Shown here: positions 55,021-64,000 of the stretch, one piece after another
Layout: each line of letters starts with the position of its first letter
Numbering within the stretch: the stretch's first letter is position 1
Source of the DNA: Octopus vulgaris
Taxonomy: Eukaryota
Direction: 5' to 3'
Assembly (NCBI GenBank): GCA_951406725.2
Contig: OX597814.1
Span: forward strand, 223,014,001-223,078,000
DNA length: 64,000 nt
Notes under the pieces: generated by a model
Told to the model about the DNA's origin: nothing
The model's database searches: none
What the model saw: only the letters and a program-made list of their open reading frames with translations
Translations under genes and position numbers: made by a program

Positions 55021-57704
55021 TGGGTTGACTTTTCTTTCGATTCAGTTAAAGCGACAGGTCATGCATTCTAAATTATTTACAGCATGACAGCATGACCGTA
55101 GTAAATCTCGTTAGTGACCTGACCGTCATACAGTCTGCAGCATAGACATTGATCACATACGTACATATTGCTTCAAGGTAATGCGGAATACATATATTAT
55201 ATCGCAGGTGGCGTTATTGCTGACCGTAATTTCATAGAATTAACACAGTAACCACATAACCTCAAAAGAAGCACTACTTTTCTGTTCAGCTTAAATAATC
55301 CAAATTACAGCTTAAAATTTAATTAATAGTCTTGGACTGATACATAATATTTTCCAAACAAGACAACAGTATAAATCATGTCATTAAGGAAAGTTATATC
55401 TGCATTCAATAATCTGAAGAAAATCAGAAGTTCAGTAAAGTATAATTCCCGCAGACAGAAATATTCTCATGCTTCAATGAATACGTTTCAAATTGCTGAA
55501 ATGAGCAAACCACTGATAGAAGAAAAATCGAAGCTAAGAACTTCATAACAAAATGAATATTCCCATAAAATTGAGAAAGAGTAAAGAACATCAAGTTTAT
55601 AGAAAACTATGCTGAAGTCAACCGTAAAGTTTTCGACGCATTGGCAAAATATATAGCACCAGTGCATCAGGAACTAAAGCAATTGTTAGAAAGAAATGAT
55701 GTCTTACTGTGAACATCAAAAAACTTAGTGAAACAGTAAAACACACGTTGAAATGTATTTTCATAGATACGTTTTCCTCATCGGTAGACACACTAGTCAA
55801 TGAGACAGAAAAAAGCTAGAAGACAGCGCAGTATTTAACATTGCACTGTGTGTTTATGAAGATGGTTTTTCAAATACGTGGTTTCGGATTTTATTCAACT
55901 GAAAGGGAATATGGAGAATTATTTCTGGAATAGCATCGTGATAAGTTGATAGTGAAATTTGAAAAAGTTAAAGTGGTAGCTAGTCGAAAAAACAGTTCCG
56001 GTCATTGGGAGATATAATCACTCGGAATAAAAAGATTCGCCTAAATTATCTATAGAGAAGTTCACACAGAAGCGAGAGACAAACTACCAAAATAATTTCA
56101 TTAGCAAACCCGTGTAGCGAAACTTTAGCCTACATTCCCATACTTCACTCAAATTCTGAGTTTAGAATCACTGCAAATTAAATTTTCATAAAAGGCAAGA
56201 AATGCTACAATAAATTAATTGCTTTGCCTTGAAAGCCACAAACGCTTGCGTGAACATGATTCAACCAGTTATTGTTGGTCAGTATGCAACCGATAAATCG
56301 TTATACATGGAAGAATGTTACATGAAATTCCTTACCATATCGGAATCGAGGAAAGAAGAAATTCAGGTGCTACATACACCTTTGTCAGTTCCATGAACGG
56401 TATTCTCACTATTTGTGCATAGTCACCCTTTAGCTACTATGGACAATTATATAATTAACTTGGGTTATTTCTATTTTACGGAGTGGAGTCTTTGAATTAT
56501 CATGTACCCGATCGCATGGATCTTGTTTCAATTCTTGTAATTCATAGTACATATGTAAATATCACTCTTAAATTAATAAAGATATGTTCACCTACATGGA
56601 TATTAATGTATCACTTGAATACTGAATCCACCATCCACCAGCCTACTTTCCCGCTGTTCTCAACAATGATATAAAGTCTACCACTAAACTCAGAAGACCT
56701 GAAAAGGGCCATGAAGAAAACCGTTCCATATTTGATAGAACGATAAGCATAAATAAGATGGGGAATTTATAGTAAACATATATGTAAATGCAAAAGTTCC
56801 TTTTGAACTCATGCAAAAATACTGAAAATGTAATGTCTTAAACATAAAAGTGGAAGAATTAATGGCAAAATACAACCTTATTTTTGTGGCTTCAAAGGAC
56901 ATGTATATTAATGCGCATGAACATGAGTAAGTGCGTGTGTGTGCGCGGAGGATACACTTCCGATTGTCTGAAAGGTAAAGCAGGAACAGATAAAACTTAG
57001 GAACCGTGTCGTCACAATTCATGCAGATTAAATGCAAAGTTACGGAACGATTAACACAATGCACCGCTTCCGATGCTTTAACAATTCAGCCGATGCACTG
57101 TCTTGGCCTTTCAATGATATAACATAACATTATAACATTTTATGTATTTTATACATATATATATACCTATCCATTCTGATAGATAGATATATTTGTGTGC
57201 GAAACCTGCTGTGTGAAACCTGCTGTACGCAGTTGAAACAGCATCAAATGCAAGCAGCCATCTATAAACAGTACTTAATACATGTACAACGCTGAGCCGT
57301 AAATTACTGCAGTTTTCCTCTTATGGAGGAAAATATAAAATCTCTTCACTTTGTACATTTTAAATATTAACTGCATTTTCTAACCTGTCAGTTCACGATT
57401 GAACTTTATTAGGGGGGAAGTGTGCGACAGGAGGGAAATTTGACGGCTACTTAAAGCTGGCCCAGTGACTACGAAAATATCATCCATCATTCATTCAAAT
57501 TCCATTTGGGTTCCTTGAACAAAAACCGGGTGGATGCATCGGCTTGTGCGTTATTTCAGACACGCTGCTATATTTCAAACGTGTCTCCTCAGTCTGTCAG
57601 AAGTTAAGGAACGATTTGAAGATGGAGCGGGATAGGAGAGTATTCACATGACCGAATAACAATCATTATAAGTCATGTACATACATACACACATACATAC
57701 ATAC

Positions 57705-57745
<41 letters not shown>

Positions 57746-57766
57746 TAAACATACATACATATATAT

Positions 57767-57813
<47 letters not shown>

Positions 57814-57816
57814 CAT

Positions 57817-57853
<37 letters not shown>

Positions 57854-57933
57854 CATGTATATATATATCTATATCTATATATATATATTGATTAATTGAT
57901 TAATTTTATTAAATTAATTATATTCCACCCTTT

Positions 57934-57967
<34 letters not shown>

Positions 57968-57968
<1 letters not shown>

Positions 57969-58530
57969 GAGGGGGTGTTGAAAAGTTCCGGGCTTTCAGT
58001 AGAATAAGATAAAGGACCAGCATAGAGGCGCAGGCGTGGCTGAGTGGTAAGAAGCTTGCTTCGCAACCATGTGATTCCGAGTCCAGTCCCACTGTATGGC
58101 ACCTTGGTCGAGTGTCTCCTACTATAGCTTCAGGCCGACAAAAGTGTTGTGAATGAATTTGGGATAGGGAAATTGAAAGGTGCCTGTCGCGTATATATAT
58201 ATGTATGTAGTTGTGTGTGTATGTGTTTGTCCCCCACCATCGATTCATAACGTATGTTGGTGTGTTTTGATCCCCGTAACATAGCGGTTCGGCATAAGTG
58301 ACCGAAAGAATAAGTACTAGGCTTAGAAAGAGGTGCACCAGCATGGCTGCAGTCAAATGATTTCAATAAATAAAAGAATAAAAGAACAAATATTCTCTCT
58401 CTCAATTTCACACACTTACTGTGGCAGTCCACCAGTTTTTCTAAGCCCTGTGAAAGAACTCGGAGGTTTGGGGCGTCAACCAGGCATTTTATGATATTTT
58501 TAACGCCAGGAACGTTTCAGCATCCCCTCG
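57968..58530. mobile_element. Mariner-derived MITE with TA TSD, containing a nested SINE family 2 (58026-58388)
   Basis: TA|cgagggggtgttgaaaagttcc ... ggaacgtttcagcatcccctcg|TA. Confidence 0.8.
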
Positions 58531-58609
<79 letters not shown>

Positions 58610-58698
58610 GTAGGTATAAATCAAATACCCTGGTAACTATTTATTTATTTTTTCCGTGTTAATTTTTAACAAGGTAAAAATACACTCATCGATTTATA

Positions 58699-58744
<46 letters not shown>

Positions 58745-60144
58745 TCCACACACACATCTTTGTGTGTGTTAGATAGTGTATGTATGCATTCATGTATTTC
58801 TATACATAAATACGCGTTTGCATGAATTTATACATGCACGCGTACATCCATATATGCATACGTACATACATACATACATACATACATACTTACATACATA
58901 CATATATACATACATACATACATACATACATACATACATACATACATACATACATACACATACATATATGCACGAGTATATTTTCAAACAGTCCTTATCA
59001 TCAAAACACGATTATGTTATTAATCATGCCCGACATTAAAAGATCTTAGAATTCTTTGAATCACAACTTCTGGATTTAATATCTAACATTAAATTCCATC
59101 AGTATAATAATGCTGTATTCTATGCCATTATGAATAGCCTAAAACTGGACATCTGCTGACTCGTATTATTTTCCCTTCTTTCTTTTCTTCTACTGTCGCT
59201 CTGTTTTCGTCATTCTTTCTTTCTCTCTCTCTCTCTCTTGCTCACTCTATGACTCTTTCTCTCCATTATTCTGCATATGTTTGTGTATATTAGTACGAGT
59301 ATGTTCACTATCTCTGTGTGTATACGTGTGTATATATCTATATATATCTATCTATTTATATATACACACATACATACATGTATATATGTATGAATCTACA
59401 TGTATATATGTATAAATACATATATATATATGTGTATTTATAAACGGGGACACACACGCACATATAAAGTATGTATGTATATATACACATATATTATTGA
59501 AGGAGGCAGCGTTAATAATCAATGACGATCTTTATGTCGTACTTAATGTGGTTGTATTATTAGAACACTGAATATTGCAGCATCGGCATTAAAAGATTCA
59601 CTCATAAAGATGCCATATGCTCAGAGCACAAACATATATTTTAGCAGTCAGTCAAATCTGTCAAACATGAGTGCTAGAAATTCGAAATCACATCATTTCA
59701 GCGTACTGAACTTCGTCAGTGGGACCCGAACGCCTTCCACTGAGGATCTCTGAAGGCGAATACTGCAGTATCCGGCGTTGTAAGAATATATTCACGTTAA
59801 GTAGGATATAAAAACAGCCACTGGATTTTAATAATGCCTCCCATACAAATTTTTATATTTTAATAAACTTGCTAGCTATTTGTAACATCATAGACAGAGA
59901 AGCCGCTGATATTTTCTACATATTTTGGCTGATATTTTGAAAAAGCACAATACAGAGAAATCTCTGATCTTGCAGTCTCGGTGCCCATGGTGCACAGTTT
60001 ACGTCTGCAACTATATACGTACTCGTTCTTAGCTCCGTGCGTATGTATGAAGGGATGTCTGAAGGTGAATACTGTAGTATTCGGCATTCTAATATTGTAA
60101 GAAACGATTGTATATAAATATGGGTGCGTATAAGTATATTGTTT

Positions 60145-60440
60145 TATGGTGCTGAATCTTGGATTCCGAACAGAAAGCACGTTAACCAACTTGACGCTTT
60201 TCATATGCGACGCTTGCATATTATCCCCAGCATAAAACCGAGTGACCACATTCGTAGCAGTGAGGTGCTAACAAAATGCAACATAGCATAGAAGCCATCC
60301 TCGTCAAAATACAGTTGAGATGGTCAGGTCATCTCTCACACACGAGCGATATCTGAATTCCAAAGCAACTTCTCTTTGGCCAATTTTCAACAGCAAGATT
60401 AGTTGGAAGATCACTCGTGCGCTTCAAAGACAAACTAAAA
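60145..60440 (+). mobile_element. Old RTE LINE fragment (different family)
   Basis: YGAESW...QLDAFHMRRL...IEAILVKIQLRWSGHL. Confidence 0.75.
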
Positions 60441-60458
60441 GACAAGATTTTAACACAA

Positions 60459-60509
<51 letters not shown>

Positions 60510-60568
60510 TATACATATATATATATACATATATATATACATATACATATATACACACACACACACCC

Positions 60569-60601
<33 letters not shown>

Positions 60602-60702
60602 CCAGAGTAAGCACATAAATAGGAAACATGGTGGGAAAAATAGTGCTTGAATACCAGAAGCAGAGTAAAAAGCTTTATTAAAAAGAAACAAAAATATCAC
60701 AA

Positions 60703-60747
60703 AAAATGTTACTCAGAGTTTCACGTTCTCGTTCGTCAGACAATTTT
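60703..60747 (-). ncRNA. Compact hammerhead ribozyme in a mini-element (60601-60816) between microsatellites
   Basis: Minus strand: aaaattgt CTGACGA acg-agaa-cgt GAAA ctc-t-gag TA acatttt. All core nucleotides and three stems are present. Confidence 0.85.
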
Positions 60748-60884
60748 GCTTCGAATTTTAAGCAAAACTGTCCGACGTACAGTTTTTGTGATATTTTTGC
60801 TGCGTTTTAAATTAAGTATATATATATGTGTGTGTGTGTGTGTGTCTTTGTGTCTTTGTGTGTTTGTGTTTGTGTGTGTGTGTT

Positions 60885-60915
<31 letters not shown>

Positions 60916-60966
60916 TTGTGTGTGTGTGTTTGTGTGTTTGTGTGTGTGTTTGTGTGTGTGTGTGTG

Positions 60967-61003
<37 letters not shown>

Positions 61004-61460
61004 GCAGACAGACTGCGAGGGAGAGAGAGAGAGAGAGATTTATACAGACATATATACGGAAGCACGCGCACTGAATGTGTGTGTGGTTATGTAAATTACA
61101 CAAATAACACATGTATACATCGTAGCAGAGAAAATAACCAAACAAGTACCATGTGATGTCAAACAAACGGAAGCACCCGCTGAAAATCTTGCAAATATAA
61201 AGTCAAAAAGTAGAAGAAACTAAAGAAAATCCGATCTAGAAAGAAAAGAACGTGAAAAAAAGTATAAAAAGCATTTCTTCACACGAGTCAGATTTCATAA
61301 ACCAATGTGCGAGACCGGTTTCTTGTACGGTTGATCCTTATGGATGTATGGATGAATGTGTGTATGTATGTATGTATGTATGTATTTTTGTATGTATGTA
61401 TGTATGTAGGTAGGTAGGTATATATATGTATATATCTATATCTATATCTATCTATCTATC

Positions 61461-61576
<116 letters not shown>

Positions 61577-62258
61577 TATATATATATTGAGGTTATAAGA
61601 TGTAATGGTGTCATTGAGACCCAAAGGTGTCAGGTAATGCTGAATATGTGCTATAGACAGACCATAGTTAGGTTCCAGGTTCGGTAATTTTGCGAATAAG
61701 GGGTTCACCGTTGGTCACATTTCAACGTGTGTATACAAGAAGTTTTTGCGTAATGAGATAAAAAAAACAAGACTGTGTAGATATTAGAACATTTATAGAC
61801 AGAAGCTCTTCCAGCTGTTTCCAGAATATTTATTAATTATATCCCCTCATCGGAGCCGGTGTGAGAGGATGGTTAAGTAATAGGTTTTATAGGATACAAA
61901 ATAGAGAGTGAGGTGGAGGAAAGAAAATAGCTGTAAGATATGTAGGAATATTGAAGTTGTAGATCCATTATATATATATATACATACATTCATACATAGT
62001 TAGTGAAATGGATGTATGAAATAATGGCGCATTATGTGAATGTCGCAAGCACGCACGAGTAAATGTTTGTTTGTACCATACAACACTTTCCTCGACAAAT
62101 CATGAGGGGAATGAAGGCCAATGAATCTGCCAGCTTGCGGCCTCAGTTGTTGATTAATATTCCGAGAAACACACGATCGTAGAAAAACATGGAGAACGAA
62201 ATTCTTTATTAAGTGAAATCTATTTTCAGTTACTTCGCAGGTATGTATACGTGTATAC

Positions 62259-62626
62259 TTCAGCTGCTGGTTGGCACTCGGTTACGACGACGAGGGTTCC
62301 AGTTGATCCGATGAAAGGTACTGCCTGCTCGTAAAATTAACATGCAAGTGGCTGAGCTCTCTACAGACGCATGTAGTTCTCGGGGAGATTCAGCGTGACA
62401 CAGAGTGTGACAAGGCCGACCCTTTGAAATACAGATACAACAGAAACAGGAAGAAAGAGTGAGAGAAAGAGTACAGCAGGGTTCGCCACCACCCCCTGCC
62501 GGATCCTTGTGGAACTTTAGGTGTTTTCGCTCAACAAACACTCACAACGTCAGGTCTGGGAATCGAAACCGCGATCTTACGACCGTGACTCCGCTGCCTT
62601 AACCACTGGGCCATTGCGCCTCCACA
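62259..62626 (-). mobile_element. tRNA-derived SINE (family 3)
   Basis: Minus head ggaggcgcaaTGGCCCAGTGGttaagg...GGTTTCGATTCCc gives A and B boxes, followed by a non-tRNA body. Confidence 0.85.
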
Positions 62627-62865
62627 CTTCAGTTACTACATCGAACACAATAAGAACACAGTTGATTAAATCTAACCAATAATTTCACTAAAATATATTT
62701 TATAGGCGCTTAAAATAAAATATGACAACTATTTGTTCATAGAAACTAAAGGAATATAACAGAGCGGTGCAGTTTTGATACGCGAGCCAGTGTTTCATCG
62801 CTTGGCAAGTATCCGTCTTCGAACAAACCATTCTAACATCGGCACATGGCTAATAGACTGCAATA

Positions 62866-63435
62866 TATTCCTTTCTATTCTAGGTACAAGACCCGAAATT
62901 TTTGGGGAGAGGGCCACTCGATTAGATCGACCCCAGTATACAACTGGTACTGACATTATCGACCCAGAAATGATGAAAGGCAAAGTCGACCGCAGTGGAA
63001 TTTGATCTCAGAAGGTGAATGCAGACGAAATACCTATTTCTTTACTACCTACAAGGCACTAAACACAGAGGAGACAAACAAGGACAGACAAACAGATTAA
63101 GTCGATTACATCGACCCCGGTGCGTAACTGGTACTTAATTTATCGATACCGAAAGGATGAAAGGCAAAATCGAACTCGGCGGAATTTGAACTCAGAACGT
63201 AAAGACAGACGAAATACCTATTTCTTTACTACCCACAAGGGGCTAAACACAGCGGGGACAAACGGATTAAGTCGATTATATCGACCCCAGTGCGTAACTG
63301 GTACTTAATTTATCGACCCCGAAAGGATGAAAAGCAAAGTCGACCTCGGTGGAATTTGAACTCAGAACGTAACGGCAGACGAAATACGGCTACGCATTTC
63401 GCCCGGCGTGCTAACGTTTCTGCCAGCTCGCCGCC
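62866..63435 (-). mobile_element. SINE family 1 trimer (plus a further fragment at 63463-63612)
   Basis: Units joined at gacgaaatac|ctatttc at 63033 and 63217. Only the rightmost unit has the head. Confidence 0.9.
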
Positions 63436-63689
63436 TTTCTTTAAAATTATACACGTTTAGCATATTCTTTTCTACTCTAGGCACAAGGCCAGAATTTTTG
63501 AGGAGGCAGTCTGTCGTTTAGATCTACTCCAGTACAAAAATGGTACTGAATTTACGATCCCGAAATGATACAAAGTAGTGTCGACCTCGGCGGAATTTGG
63601 ACTCAGAACGTAAATACATATATGTAAGTACATATATGTAAGTACGTATGCAAATGTACATTATTTACATTATTTACATTCGACGGATA

Positions 63690-63724
63690 TTATTATTATT
63701 ATGTTGCTGTTATTATTATTATCA

Positions 63725-63812
<88 letters not shown>

Positions 63813-63840
63813 CATCATCATTATTATTATTATTATTATT
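63690..63840. repeat. (ATT)n microsatellite
   Basis: Direct reading. Confidence 0.95.
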
Positions 63841-64000
63841 TCACTGTGCTGAATCTGGAAAATGAATATCTGACGCGAGGGCAACATCTCGGTATTTTCT
63901 CAGCATGCCTATTTACCAGGTTTTCCTTACTTAACAGGATGAACAATACTTCCCCAAGGCACAGGTCACATAGGTCGGATAGTGTATTATATGGGTATAC

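Noticed and set aside
55380-56400. Purine-rich coding-like stretch
   Set aside because: Multiple stops and no recognisable motif; probably an old transposon relic.
62545-62626. tRNA gene
   Set aside because: It has A and B boxes but no clean acceptor stem, and it continues into a SINE body.

Overview
AT-rich eukaryotic DNA. The repeat repertoire (tRNA-derived SINEs, RTE LINEs, very long TA/CA/GATA/ATT microsatellites) points to a cephalopod, most likely Octopus; this is inference. No host protein-coding gene is recognisable, so the window reads as intronic or intergenic. Most of the provided ORFs are microsatellite translations. The window holds two oppositely oriented RTE LINE copies (one with an uninterrupted 649-aa RT ORF), many R4/Dong-like, CR1-like and mariner relics, non-autonomous Helitrons, MITEs, several SINE families and a decayed Penelope-like (PLE) RT. 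The most striking unannotated signal is a set of at least six unrelated small elements, mostly inside (TA)n tracts. Each carries a minimal type-I hammerhead ribozyme motif (CTGANGA...GAAA plus a tiny, often palindromic stem III), and most also carry an inverted copy of their own 3' segment. Secondary signals are SINE multimers that always join at one anticodon-like hairpin, a mirror-image [R4 tail-microsatellite-RTE] arrangement, and a few candidate small exons. Everything was read by eye; boundaries are approximate and no folding or database search was run.
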